Position numbers and translations under genes: made by a program. Positions 32,577 to 41,874 of a DNA stretch of 62,069 bases are shown in pieces (position 1 is the first letter of the stretch; every line of letters begins with the position of its first letter). This stretch comes from Candidatus Velthaea sp. (GTDB lineage Bacteria > Vulcanimicrobiota > Vulcanimicrobiia > Vulcanimicrobiales > Vulcanimicrobiaceae). The stretch spans positions 1 through 62,069 of the forward strand of contig JBEKHC010000016.1 of the NCBI GenBank assembly GCA_050012475.1. Direction: 5' to 3'. The notes under the pieces were generated by a model. The model searched no databases. It was not told where the DNA came from and saw only the letters and a list, made by a program, of their open reading frames with translations.

Positions 32577-33787
32577 CGCTGCGCACCCTGCTCAAGATCG
32601 CTTGGGAAGCCATCGTTCGCAATGGAATGCGCTCGTTGCTCACCATGCTCGGCGTGGTCATCGGCGTCGCGGCGGTGATGATCACGGTGTCGATCGGCGC
32701 CGGTGCGCGTGAATCGGTCGCGGCGCAAATTACGGGCCTGGGCAGCAACCTGCTCATCGTCATTCCCGGAAACGTCACCCTCAACGGCGTGCGCAGCGGC
32801 ACCGGCGCCGCTTCGACGCTCACGCCCGATGACGGCTTAGCAATCGCGAAACTGCCCCATGTCGCCGCCGTCTCGCCGACGGTCGGTGTGAAGACCCAAG
32901 TCGTCGCCGGAAAAAACAATTGGTCTACCAGCGTCGCCGGCGTCGCGTCGACATTCACGTTCATCCGCGGCTGGGATCTGTCGTCCGGCTCGTTTTTCAC
33001 CGATGCCGACACGTCCGCGTCGGCCAAAGTCTGTGTGCTCGGCCAGACCGTCGTCGCCAATCTCTTTCCCGACGGTTCGCCGCTGGGAAAGACGATTCTC
33101 ATCCGCAACGTCCCGTTCACCGTGATCGGCGTCTTGGCCGCGCGCGGCCAGAGCGCGTCCGGTCAGGATCAAGACGATACGATCGCGATCCCGTACACGT
33201 CGGCGATGCAGCGTCTCACCGGCACCACCTTCGTGAGCGTGCTGCTCGTCTCGGCCGACGATGCGGCCTCGATCGCTCCGGTTCAGGCGCAGATCAGCGC
33301 GCTGCTCGAGCAGCGTCACCGAATCGTCGGCGGCGAAGCGGACGACTTCAACGTGCGCAGCCTCCAGGACATCGCTAACGCTGCCTCGGCGACCGCATCG
33401 GTCATGGAATACCTGCTGGCCGGCGTCGCAGCCGTTTCGCTCCTCGTCGGCGGCATCGGCATCATGAACATCATGCTCGTTTCCGTCACCGAACGAACGC
33501 GCGAGATCGGGTTGCGCATGGCCGTGGGTGCGCGCAGCGGTGCGATTCTCGAACAGTTTTTGGTCGAAGCCGTGACGCTCTCCACCGGCGGCGGTCTGAT
33601 CGGCGTTGCGTTCGGGGCAGCGATTACGTTTGTCGTCGCGCTCATCGCACACTGGCCGATGGTTCTTTCACCCGGCGTGGCGATCGCATCGGTCGGCTTC
33701 TCCGCGGTTGTCGGCGTGTTCTTCGGCTACTATCCGGCGCTCAAAGCATCGCGCCTCAATCCGATCGACGCGCTTCAATTCGAGTGA
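32573..33787 (+). CDS. MacB-type ABC permease
   Basis: RSLLTMLGVVIGV, GGIGIMNIMLVSVTERTREIG and GYYPA.KAS.LNPIDAL. Confidence 0.95.
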   Translation: MTLRTLLKIAWEAIVRNGMRSLLTMLGVVIGVAAVMITVSIGAGARESVAAQITGLGSNLLIVIPGNVTLNGVRSGTGAASTLTPDDGLAIAKLPHVAAVSPTVGVKTQVVAGKNNWSTSVAGVASTFTFIRGWDLSSGSFFTDADTSASAKVCVLGQTVVANLFPDGSPLGKTILIRNVPFTVIGVLAARGQSASGQDQDDTIAIPYTSAMQRLTGTTFVSVLLVSADDAASIAPVQAQISALLEQRHRIVGGEADDFNVRSLQDIANAASATASVMEYLLAGVAAVSLLVGGIGIMNIMLVSVTERTREIGLRMAVGARSGAILEQFLVEAVTLSTGGGLIGVAFGAAITFVVALIAHWPMVLSPGVAIASVGFSAVVGVFFGYYPALKASRLNPIDALQFE

Positions 33788-33828
33788 CGCAGCCGGCGCG
33801 ATTGCGCCCGTGCCTTCAGTCAGCGTTC

Positions 33829-33875
33829 GTCCCTGAATTTCACGATACTACCATGCGCCCGGTCTGCGCTATACT
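33829..33875 (+). promoter_or_regulatory. Regulon motif copy upstream of the 61-aa protein
   Basis: GTCCCTGAATT-TCACGATA-N18-GCGC-TATACT. Confidence 0.72.
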
Positions 33876-33934
33876 TCGAACTACGCGATCGATCCGATCG
33901 ACGGACATATCCAATCGCCCGGTGGGGAAAGTCA

Positions 33935-34120
33935 ATGTTGCGAGCTGGAGATCGAGTCTACATCAACGGCACCTTCGAGCAAGGCATCGTCAAAGAAGTC
34001 CACACGCATGAGGTCGTCGTGCGCGTTGCGGTCCCGGGGGGAAGCGAGGAAAGACGGTACTCGCACGAGAGCCTCCGGTTTATGCCGACGATGCACGAAG
34101 GGTTGAGCATGGCGCACTAG
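33935..34120 (+). CDS. 61-aa SH3/KOW-like small protein of unknown function
   Basis: MLRAGDRVYING...GIVKEV...VVVRV. GGGGA RBS, own promoter motif, and a decayed paralogue at 36883. Confidence 0.8.
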   Translation: MLRAGDRVYINGTFEQGIVKEVHTHEVVVRVAVPGGSEERRYSHESLRFMPTMHEGLSMAH

Positions 34121-34157
34121 CCGTTTGTTCGGATCCGGCCATACGCATTCTTCAATT

Positions 34158-34310
34158 GTTCCGGCAACCGGGCTGCTCGTTGCCGCCGGTCGGATCGTTC
34201 GTCGCCATCATTTCGAATCTTCGGAAGCTCTTTCGTTCCGGGAAGCGGGCTCCTCGTTGCCGCCGGTCGGATCATCGTCGCCGCTATTTTGAGTCTTTGG
34301 AAGCTCTTTG
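34158..34310. repeat. Imperfect 77-bp tandem duplication
   Basis: Copies start at 34158 and 34235 and share CTCGTTGCCGCCGGTCGGATC and GGAAGCTCTTT. Confidence 0.85.
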
Positions 34311-34335
34311 ATCGAGGACCACTGACGCCCAGACC

Positions 34336-34371
34336 AACGACAGCGTCCCCGCACGCGGGGACGCTGTCGTT
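34336..34371. terminator. 17-bp perfect inverted repeat between convergent genes
   Basis: AACGACAGCGTCCCCGC-AC-GCGGGGACGCTGTCGTT. Confidence 0.75.
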
Positions 34372-34468
34372 TGAATTCAGCTAAAAGCCGCCGTTGGTGG
34401 TGACGTCGAACCACAAGGACCGGCTTCTCCGTTTTCGCGATCGCGGTGCTGCGTCGCGCAGCGCGTAT

Positions 34469-36259
34469 TCACCGCGGCGTGTGTTCCTTCGGGGCCGCTT
34501 GTGCCGGGGCGGCATGCGAGGCCGGGGCGGCATGTGAGGACGGCGCAGCGTGTGATGGCGGCGCAGGCGCACGAACAGCCGGAGCGGCATGAACGGGGCG
34601 CGGAGGAGCTGCGTAGACGGCCGGCACGTGAACCGGCGCAACTTCGTGGACGGCCGGTGCTTGATAAGCGGGCGCCGCTTCGTGAATGACGGGGGCGTGA
34701 TACGCGGGGGCTTGTCGGACGGTTGGAGCGGGAACCGACGCCGCCCGGTGGACAACGGCCGCTTGAGGCACCGGAGCTTCGTGCACCGCGGGCGCATGAT
34801 ATGCCGGCGCAGCAGGATGAACAACGGGCGCGTGATACGCAGTTGGTTGGTGAGCCGCCGGCGCGGTCACAGGAGCCTGGGCTACCGGTACTTTGTGGAT
34901 GGCCGGCCCATGAGACGCCGTTGAAGCCTCCTTGCCCGCGGGTGCATGAATTGCCGGGCGGCCGACCTGAGCCTGAGCCGCCGCGGGGCGGGCAGCCTGA
35001 ACCGGCACCGGGCGGGCAGCCTGAGCGTGAGCCGCCGCCGGGCCGGCAGCCTGAGCGTGTGCCGTCGCGGGGCGCGCAGCCTGAGCGTGTGCCGCCGCGG
35101 GGCGAGGAGCCGCGACGTGAACCGGAGCGACGTTGGCCAGCGGATTCACGCGATCGGCGGCCTTGACTGCAACGAACCCCGACGGGCGATTATTTTGACT
35201 CAAGGGACGCGCCACGGCGAGAACCGGCGGTTTGTTGTTATTGACGCGAGCGAGAAGCCGACGGTCCTGTTCAGCCAATTGCACGTGCTGCTGTTGTACC
35301 GGTGTCATGCCCAAGTGGCGTTGCTTCGTAACCGATTGCTGTTGTTGTGTCGGACTGGTGCGCAATCCGTATCTTCCGCCATTGTAGCCAATGCGAGCCG
35401 TCGAATTGTTGGCGTACACGTTGCGGTCAACGTATACGTTGCGAATGTTCGTCGTGTTGACGCGCGAGACATACGTGTTATAGCGGAACTCGTTATTCGA
35501 CCATCGGCCGCCGTCATAACCGTTGCCGTAGTAGCCGCCGCCATAGTTAACGCCGCCGTAGAACCCAACGGCCAAAGCCCAGTAGCCGGGATTCCAGTGG
35601 AAGCCTACGTCGTTTCCCTGCCAATAGCCCGGGGTCCATAGGTAGCCGGGCTGCGGCGCCGGGACCCACGTGCCCGGCACCCAATAGTAACCGTACGAAC
35701 CCCAAGCCCAATAACCCGGCTGCCAGATGTAATTGGGTTCGGGCACATACGGTTGATCGTAGACCGGAATTGGGGGAGGAGCCGTGTCCACGTAACTTGC
35801 GGTTCCCGGCGCGTAGTAGTCCGCCGAGCCTCCTGCGGTATCGATCGCTGCGATGCTATCGGCATCATCCCAGCTGACGCTGTCCCCGAGCGCTTCAGAA
35901 ACGAAGCGAAGCGGGATATACGTGCTCTCACCGACGATGAATGGCGCCACGTCGATAATTTGCGTCTGCCCATTGACCGTAGCTTGGGTTGAACCGATCT
36001 GCAACGAAATTTCGCGACCGTTGCCCGTCGCGTTGATCGTGCCGTTTGAATAGACGACGCTCGCGCCGAGTTGCTCGAAGACCCCGCGCAGCGGAACGAA
36101 CACGCGTCCGGCCTGGACGATCGGCGGAGGCGAGATATCGACCGCGCTTCCGTTGACCGTTACTCCGACGTCGGCATTCGCCGCAAGCGTCGTGAGCGCG
36201 AACATCCCAACCGCAGCGATCGAAGCGGTCACGTACTCGGAACGAACTTTGGGAATCAC
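34469..36259 (-). CDS. Secreted protein: copper-amine-oxidase N-terminal (stalk) domain, YXWGXW repeats and an Ala/Pro/His-rich tail
   Basis: GRVFVPLRGVFEQLGA, TYIPLRFVSEALG; YIWQPGYWAW, YLWTPGYW; AHAQAARP and PAYHAP repeats. Confidence 0.88.
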   Translation of the reverse strand: MIPKVRSEYVTASIAAVGMFALTTLAANADVGVTVNGSAVDISPPPIVQAGRVFVPLRGVFEQLGASVVYSNGTINATGNGREISLQIGSTQATVNGQTQIIDVAPFIVGESTYIPLRFVSEALGDSVSWDDADSIAAIDTAGGSADYYAPGTASYVDTAPPPIPVYDQPYVPEPNYIWQPGYWAWGSYGYYWVPGTWVPAPQPGYLWTPGYWQGNDVGFHWNPGYWALAVGFYGGVNYGGGYYGNGYDGGRWSNNEFRYNTYVSRVNTTNIRNVYVDRNVYANNSTARIGYNGGRYGLRTSPTQQQQSVTKQRHLGMTPVQQQHVQLAEQDRRLLARVNNNKPPVLAVARPLSQNNRPSGFVAVKAADRVNPLANVAPVHVAAPRPAAAHAQAARPATAHAQAAGPAAAHAQAARPVPVQAARPAAAQAQVGRPAIHAPAGKEASTASHGPAIHKVPVAQAPVTAPAAHQPTAYHAPVVHPAAPAYHAPAVHEAPVPQAAVVHRAASVPAPTVRQAPAYHAPVIHEAAPAYQAPAVHEVAPVHVPAVYAAPPRPVHAAPAVRAPAPPSHAAPSSHAAPASHAAPAQAAPKEHTPR

Positions 36260-36346
36260 GTTAGACCTCAGACTTCATTTCACACCAGGAACGCTTGCAG
36301 CGAGTCAGACGTACTCCATGGGCATTAAGACGACATTACAATAACC

Positions 36347-36398
36347 CGTGGACACATCGAGAACACGTGGACACATCGAGAACACGTGGACACATCGA
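36347..36398. repeat. 19-bp tandem repeat CGTGGACACATCGAGAACA x2.7
   Basis: Copies at 36347, 36366 and 36385 (partial). Confidence 0.95.
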
Positions 36399-36724
36399 CC
36401 TGACTTCATCATGCCATCCTCATATTCAACGCATCCGTTCAGCCGCCGGCACCCTGACGGCCGCTCACCCATTCGCTGCCGCGACCTTCGAGCCGTTCAC
36501 GCCGGCCTCGTCATGCCGCACGCGCAACGAAGCAAGATGATTGTCGTCTATGGAGTCGTTCAGGCGCTCGCTACAATTGGCCTCCGCGACTATCCGGTTC
36601 ATCTCCGCGCTCTCGTTGCAAGAATCCGTATCCGATTCGGCTCCGTCGCCAGCCGAATTCTCGACGCTCGTCGACGCAGGCGCGCCGGGACGATCACCTC
36701 GACGACGGAGTGGTCGGCTCGCCT

Positions 36725-36770
36725 ATCGTATTGCATTCCGGCATCTGCCGCAATCGTGAAATACGGGGAA
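36725..36770 (-). promoter_or_regulatory. Regulon motif copy, leftward
   Basis: TTCCCCGTATT-TCACGATT-N17-GCAA-TACGAT. Confidence 0.7.
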
Positions 36771-36777
36771 CACCGTC

Positions 36778-36824
36778 TTCCCGCCATTCTCACGATACCG
36801 AAGAGCTTGCCGTTGCGCGAGTCG
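36778..36824 (+). promoter_or_regulatory. Regulon motif copy with a degenerate -10, upstream of the pseudogene
   Basis: TTCCCGCCATTC-TCACGATA-N17-GCGC-GAGTCG. Confidence 0.55.
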
Positions 36825-36882
36825 TGAAAGCGCCGGCGTCATCCGATGTCCGACGCTTCCGATCACGTTGGAGGAGATTCCG

Positions 36883-37091
36883 ATGTTGCGACCCGGAGAC
36901 CGTTTCAATATCTACGGTGCCGGCGAGGAAAGCCGGCGTCAAAGAATTCCATACGAACGACATCGTCGTCTACGTTCAGATCCCGCAAAATCGCCTCCGG
37001 ATCGTACGAGCGAACTTACGCGCACGAAAGTGTCCGCCGGAGCACAGGGATACTCGACGCCGCAGCCGCGCGCCTCGCGAACTATTCTTGA
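36883..37091 (+). pseudogene. Doubly frameshifted paralogue of the 33935-34120 small protein
   Basis: Three frames give MLRPGDRFNIYGAGEE / AGVKEFHTNDIVVYVQIP / SGSYERTYAHESVRR. GGAGGAG RBS. Confidence 0.8.
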
Positions 37092-37127
37092 GCCCCAACC
37101 TGTCGCCGGCCCGGATCTTCGGGGCGG

Positions 37128-37173
37128 CTCCCCGGGTTTCACGATTCCGTCCCGAGCTTGGTTGCAGTAGTAT
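37128..37173 (+). promoter_or_regulatory. Regulon motif copy upstream of the GT4 gene
   Basis: CTCCCCGGGTT-TCACGATT-N17-GCAG-TAGTAT. Confidence 0.7.
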
Positions 37174-37271
37174 TTGGCTACGCTCGACGGGTCTGGTTCC
37201 CTCTGCCGCATCTCCGAAGACGTACTTCGTCAGGAGGCAGCGCAACACGCCGACGCCTGAAAGAGAACACC

Positions 37272-38690
37272 ATGCTGCAACCCCCCAGTCAAGTCGCTCA
37301 GGCCCGCCCGGGCGTCTTTCTGGATGAGCAGCGGTCTCGTTCGATACGCGTCCTGGTCGTCGGCTCATTTCCGCCGCGAGAGTGCGGGATCGCTACGTTT
37401 ACAAAGGACGTCGTGGACCATCTCGCCGCCCGAGACGACGTGCGCTGTGAGGTAATCGCTATCGACGAAGCCGGCGGCGAAGCGCGTACGTACGGGGTGC
37501 CCGTCGTGGCACGGATCAAACGCGACGATCGCTCATCGTACGCGTCGGCGGCGGGATTCATCAACCAGCATCCTGCCAGCATCGTGCTCGTGCAGCACGA
37601 GTACGGTCTGTTCGCCGGCGAAGACGGTGCGGCGTTTCTCGATCTGCTCGCTGCGGTCCGCAAGCCAGTCGTGGTGACGTTTCACACGGTCTTGCCTGCG
37701 CCGAATGCGAACCACCGCGCGGTGACGCAAGCCATTTGTGCGCGGGCGGAAGCCGTAGTCGTTTTGTCCCATATGGGCAAGACGATTTTGCAGCAAGCCT
37801 ACGGCGTGAGCGAAAAAACGATCTACATGATCCCGCACGGCGTTCCCGATGTGCCGTTTACCTCAACGGAGCCTGCGAAGCGGAAACTTGGCTTTGCCGG
37901 CCGGAACATCGTATCGACATTTGGGCTACTGTCGCGCGGCAAAGGGCTCGAAGATGCAATTGAAGCGATGCAAACCATCGCTTCGGACCATCCCGAGGCG
38001 CTCTACTTGATCCTCGGTCAAACGCATCCGATCGTCCGTCAGCAGGAGGGCGAGTCGTATCGTGAAGCGCTCGCCGCTCAAGTGATCAAACTCGGCTTGC
38101 GAGGCAATGTCGCCTTCGTCGGCCGCTATCTCTCCTTCGACGACTTGATCTTCTATCTGTCGGCAACCGATATTTATCTCACCCCGTACCTCAATGCCGA
38201 CCAGATCGTCAGCGGAACGCTTGCCTATGCTCTGGGCTGCGGCAAAGCGATCGTTTCGACACCCTATCTCTACGCGCGCGAAGTACTCGCGCGAGGGCGC
38301 GGTTCATTGTGTGATTTCCACGATCCCACATCGATTGCGGCGAACGTCACGGCTCTGCTCGACCATCCGCATCGGCGACACGCGATGGAGCGGCGCGCGT
38401 ATAAATTTGGTCATGAGATGCGGTGGTCGAATGTAGCCGCGTCGTATGCGCAAATCTTCAGCGACGCAACAGGCTGCAGCGCACCCGATTCTTTGCCACG
38501 CCATGTCGTCCATCATGACGTCTTGCGCATGGCTAGGAGTTCCGGAAGCAACGTGCGCAAGAGCGGTGAAACGTACCCGGCGGACAGCGGAACACGCATA
38601 CCGCTCACAAACGGAGTCACACGAGTACTCGATCCGGTCACGCAGGGCGGCCCATCACGTGTTTGCGATCGCTTTGGAGATCAGCTGTGA
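37272..38690 (+). CDS. GT4 glycosyltransferase
   Basis: PPRECGIATFT, QHEYGLF, IPHGVP, TFGLLSRGKGLE and SGTLAYALG.GKAIVSTPY. Confidence 0.92.
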   Translation: MLQPPSQVAQARPGVFLDEQRSRSIRVLVVGSFPPRECGIATFTKDVVDHLAARDDVRCEVIAIDEAGGEARTYGVPVVARIKRDDRSSYASAAGFINQHPASIVLVQHEYGLFAGEDGAAFLDLLAAVRKPVVVTFHTVLPAPNANHRAVTQAICARAEAVVVLSHMGKTILQQAYGVSEKTIYMIPHGVPDVPFTSTEPAKRKLGFAGRNIVSTFGLLSRGKGLEDAIEAMQTIASDHPEALYLILGQTHPIVRQQEGESYREALAAQVIKLGLRGNVAFVGRYLSFDDLIFYLSATDIYLTPYLNADQIVSGTLAYALGCGKAIVSTPYLYAREVLARGRGSLCDFHDPTSIAANVTALLDHPHRRHAMERRAYKFGHEMRWSNVAASYAQIFSDATGCSAPDSLPRHVVHHDVLRMARSSGSNVRKSGETYPADSGTRIPLTNGVTRVLDPVTQGGPSRVCDRFGDQL

Positions 38691-39328
38691 GAGCGGGCGC
38701 TCCGCCCTCTCGAACGGGTCCGGGGAAACGCGAAAGGGCGAATCGCCCACCTATGAAGGAAGCGGTTCCCGGTCAACGAGCAGCGTCTTTAGGCTGAAGT
38801 CGCCATCGGAAGGCGGCTCTGCACTTTTCTGAAGAACCATGCCGAACTCATCGACCATCACACTGCCGTTGTGCGCCTCGCCGTCACAGAATACCAGTCG
38901 CGCCGTCTTGCAACCGCGAAGTGCAAGTTGGGAATTCGCGGGATCGAGGCCCACGTCGGACATGCAGGATCCGCAAAACCGGTAGCTACGCACAACTCAT
39001 CTCTTTTCTGGATACATGACGTCATTATCGCTTGGACGGCCATCGGCCTCTGTGACGTTCGGTTTTCGCCCATCGCTTTGACTTTCGGCCAAACACGTGC
39101 GTGTGGACACACGAACGTGGCAACGATAGCGATAAGTATTTCTGGAGCGTGAGAATCGCGACTTCGCCTACCACTCCGACATACTGCTTGCCGGAAACAG
39201 TAGACGACCAAAGGCGACCGTCAATCGTCCTACCGACCGCCGATTGCCGCACGATCCGACCGCTGTGCGCATCGAACGCGCATCGGCGCCACGAGGAAAC
39301 GATCGGTCGGGAGCACGGCTCGCAGCCG

Positions 39329-39577
39329 TTAGAGATTCCTGCGAATGTCCTGTCTCACGGAATCGACCTTTGCTAAGGCTTCTTCACGGACTTCGGCGGC
39401 GACCGACTTCGCCTGTTCTCCCAACGATAGCGAGTCGCCCGAACGCTTTTCCGCTTCGGCTCGTGCTGCGGCATGATGCTGCGCTTCCGAAGCCGCATCC
39501 CGAGCGTTGTGCTTTGCGGCCTCGACGGCATCGCTTACCGGCTTCGTGACCGTATTGAATGTTTCTTTGAAACCCAT
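39329..39577 (-). CDS. 82-aa hydrophilic helical (LEA/CsbD-like) protein
   Basis: Ala/Glu/Lys-rich helical sequence, AAGGGAG RBS, and a motif promoter upstream. Confidence 0.78.
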   Translation of the reverse strand: MGFKETFNTVTKPVSDAVEAAKHNARDAASEAQHHAAARAEAEKRSGDSLSLGEQAKSVAAEVREEALAKVDSVRQDIRRNL

Positions 39578-39741
39578 GACTTGCTCCCTTGGATGCGCAC
39601 AGTTCGATCGCCCAAACGAGCGCGGTGTTCACCGCGCGCCGCCGTCTTGCGCCCTGAGAACGACACCGTGCTGCGAACCCTTCACTGTGAAGTCCTGGGC
39701 GCCGCCGGCTGGGCAAGGACCGTCAAACTGCTGTGTAACCA

Positions 39742-39787
39742 ACTGTATCGCGTTCGGAGCGAAGAATCTATCGTGAAACTCACGGAA
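39742..39787 (-). promoter_or_regulatory. Regulon motif copy upstream of the LEA-like gene
   Basis: TTCCGTGAGTT-TCACGATA-N17-GCGA-TACAGT. Confidence 0.75.
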
Positions 39788-40042
39788 CGCTTCGTGACAC
39801 AGCAAGACCGAATCGGGACGAATCACGCTCAGGTCGCAATCGAAGCCTGTCGGCGATGTCGCTGCTCCGTCATCGAGGTTCCCGTTCGCAATGGTGACGA
39901 CGTGTTCGATCAAGCCATCGAGCAGCGGCGACGCACTCGGAAAGCTGCGATCGCAAGAGCGAATACAGCCACGTCGCAGCCTGAGGTGCCGGATTGAATT
40001 GCCCGGGCCAAAGTACCAAAATCGTCGCGGCCGGTCCGATTG

Positions 40043-41797
40043 TCAGCGCGTCGACGCGCGTTGGAAAGTTGGCCCCACTTCCGGTTCGTGAGCAGCGTCC
40101 GGTGTCCAGACCTCTGCGCGTATCCCCTGCTGCGGCATGCCGATCCGGATGTCGTGATCCCGCAGCGCGAGATACACGCGCCGGTTGAACTCGCGACCAA
40201 CCGGATACTGCTGGAGCGGCAGCGTCACAATCCAGACCCGAATTGCCACTCCTGCGCACGAAAACGATTCGACGCCGAGAATCTCCGGCGGTGCGGCGAT
40301 CAGCGAACTCCATTTCGGGTCGCTGTAGAGCGCTTGCGCCGCCCCGGAGATCACCTCGGTCGCCCGCTCGAGGTCGCTATCGTAGGCGATATTTACCGTG
40401 AAATCGATGCGTGACCAGGTCCGCGTCAGGTTTTCGACGACCGCGATCTGACTGTTGGGAATCGTGATGAGGCGGCCGCTATCATTTCGGAGCTGCGTGA
40501 CCCGCAACGTCAAATTCTCCACGATTCCACCCAACGCGCCGACCATTATGACGTCGCCGATGGCATACTGGTCTTCCGCCAAAATCAAAAACCCATTGGT
40601 AAGGTCCTTGATGATACCCTGCGCCGCCAGTGACGCGGCGAGCGCGACAGCAGCACCGATCGTCAGCACCGACACGGTCGAAAATCCGAGCACATCGAAA
40701 CTGATGCCGACGGCGGACAGATAGATGACGACCGCCTTGAAACCTTCGACGACCCGGACGATCGTGGGGACGCGAAGCGGACGGCGTGAAGGGTCGTCCC
40801 GCAGCAGAAACGGCGACTTCGTCCAAGCGGCGGCGAAGTGATTGATGAGCGCGTTCGCCAAGCGATCCAACAAGCCGGCCAAAAACCAGATCAGGACGAG
40901 CCGCAGCAACTGCGCCCAGACGGTTTCCGCGGCTACCGCCGTGGCCGGAAACAGCGAGAGGATCCAGACCAAGCCCCCGAGCCAAATGGCGACGAGAGAG
41001 GATGCCGTGATCCACAAAAAGACCGAATTGACTTCAATCCGGCGCTCGATGCGCGCGCTCTCGAGCTCGCTCAACGGCGCCGTCTTCTGCGTCAATGCAG
41101 CGCGACGCGCGCGCAAGCGCCGCCATGCAAACCAAAGAACGATCGAAAGCAAGGTCAGCGTGCCGATCAACTTGGGCACGAGCACGAGATGTCGTCGGAC
41201 GAGCTGCGGCTGGCGGCTGTTCAGCGCTTGGACCAGCACCGTTTCGAGTTGCCGCTGCCAGCGCTGTGCCAAGTCCGTGCGATCCATCTCGTTGTAGCGC
41301 GCGTCCTGCGCCGTAACGGTCAGCAGCGTAAGGTCATTGGGATGTTCCCGGTCGCCGGCAACGAGGACCGGCTGATCGTCGACCTTTGTGACCGAGACGC
41401 GAAACGTCCGTGGATCGTAAAACGTGTCGTATGCGCCGAACAAAGACACCGAACGATCGAGATCGATGCTCAACACCTGCTGAAGGTTGCCCTCGATCTG
41501 TGAAACGCGAACGTCGACGGGGGTCAGATTACCCGCATGCTGACGATCGCGGACCACCGGTCCCGTCACGGTAAAGAGTGTTTGGTTCTCAAATTCGACG
41601 TTCGCGGTCTCGACGTTGCCAACCCGGTGCACACCGGGCGGCAGTTCCTCGCCGCCCGCCGTAAGGGAGCCCGAGAGGATACCGCCCTGGGCGCGCGCAG
41701 CGCCGGGTGAGACGAGTGCAAAAACCGCGACGATGGAAAAGACAGCGACGGCCATAGCGATGGCACGCCGTATCCCGGTAAGATTGAAAACCGTCAT
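40043..41797 (-). CDS. MscS-family mechanosensitive channel with a large N-terminal extracytoplasmic domain
   Basis: AQGIIKDLTNGFLIL.EDQYAIGD, GIVENLTLRVTQLR, IPNSQI and REFNRR. Confidence 0.9.
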   Translation of the reverse strand: MTVFNLTGIRRAIAMAVAVFSIVAVFALVSPGAARAQGGILSGSLTAGGEELPPGVHRVGNVETANVEFENQTLFTVTGPVVRDRQHAGNLTPVDVRVSQIEGNLQQVLSIDLDRSVSLFGAYDTFYDPRTFRVSVTKVDDQPVLVAGDREHPNDLTLLTVTAQDARYNEMDRTDLAQRWQRQLETVLVQALNSRQPQLVRRHLVLVPKLIGTLTLLSIVLWFAWRRLRARRAALTQKTAPLSELESARIERRIEVNSVFLWITASSLVAIWLGGLVWILSLFPATAVAAETVWAQLLRLVLIWFLAGLLDRLANALINHFAAAWTKSPFLLRDDPSRRPLRVPTIVRVVEGFKAVVIYLSAVGISFDVLGFSTVSVLTIGAAVALAASLAAQGIIKDLTNGFLILAEDQYAIGDVIMVGALGGIVENLTLRVTQLRNDSGRLITIPNSQIAVVENLTRTWSRIDFTVNIAYDSDLERATEVISGAAQALYSDPKWSSLIAAPPEILGVESFSCAGVAIRVWIVTLPLQQYPVGREFNRRVYLALRDHDIRIGMPQQGIRAEVWTPDAAHEPEVGPTFQRASTR

Positions 41798-41874
41798 GGC
41801 GCCTGCCCACCGTGCCGCCGCTCGCAGGTTAGCGACGGCAACGGTGAGCGCTCCCGACCTCGGAGAGGCCGTGC

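Noticed and set aside
34336..34371. GTCCCCGCACGCGGGGA resembles a type I-E CRISPR repeat core
   Set aside because: Single copy, no spacers and no cas genes. It is explained as a hairpin between convergent genes.
36347..36398. 19-bp repeats as a mini-CRISPR
   Set aside because: The units are contiguous with no spacers and are too short.
39100..39120. GTGGACACACGAACGTGG resembling the 19-bp repeat
   Set aside because: Only about 9 nt of exact identity, compatible with chance.
38751..39252. Short minus-strand ORFs with CDGSH-like (FCDGEAH) and PQQ-like (GKQYVGV) words
   Set aside because: The motifs are incomplete, there is no clear RBS, and chance is a sufficient explanation. A decayed gene cannot be excluded without blastx.
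39773..39997. Possible 74-aa CxxC ORF on the plus strand
   Set aside because: No clear RBS or family, and its start lies inside the minus-strand promoter motif.
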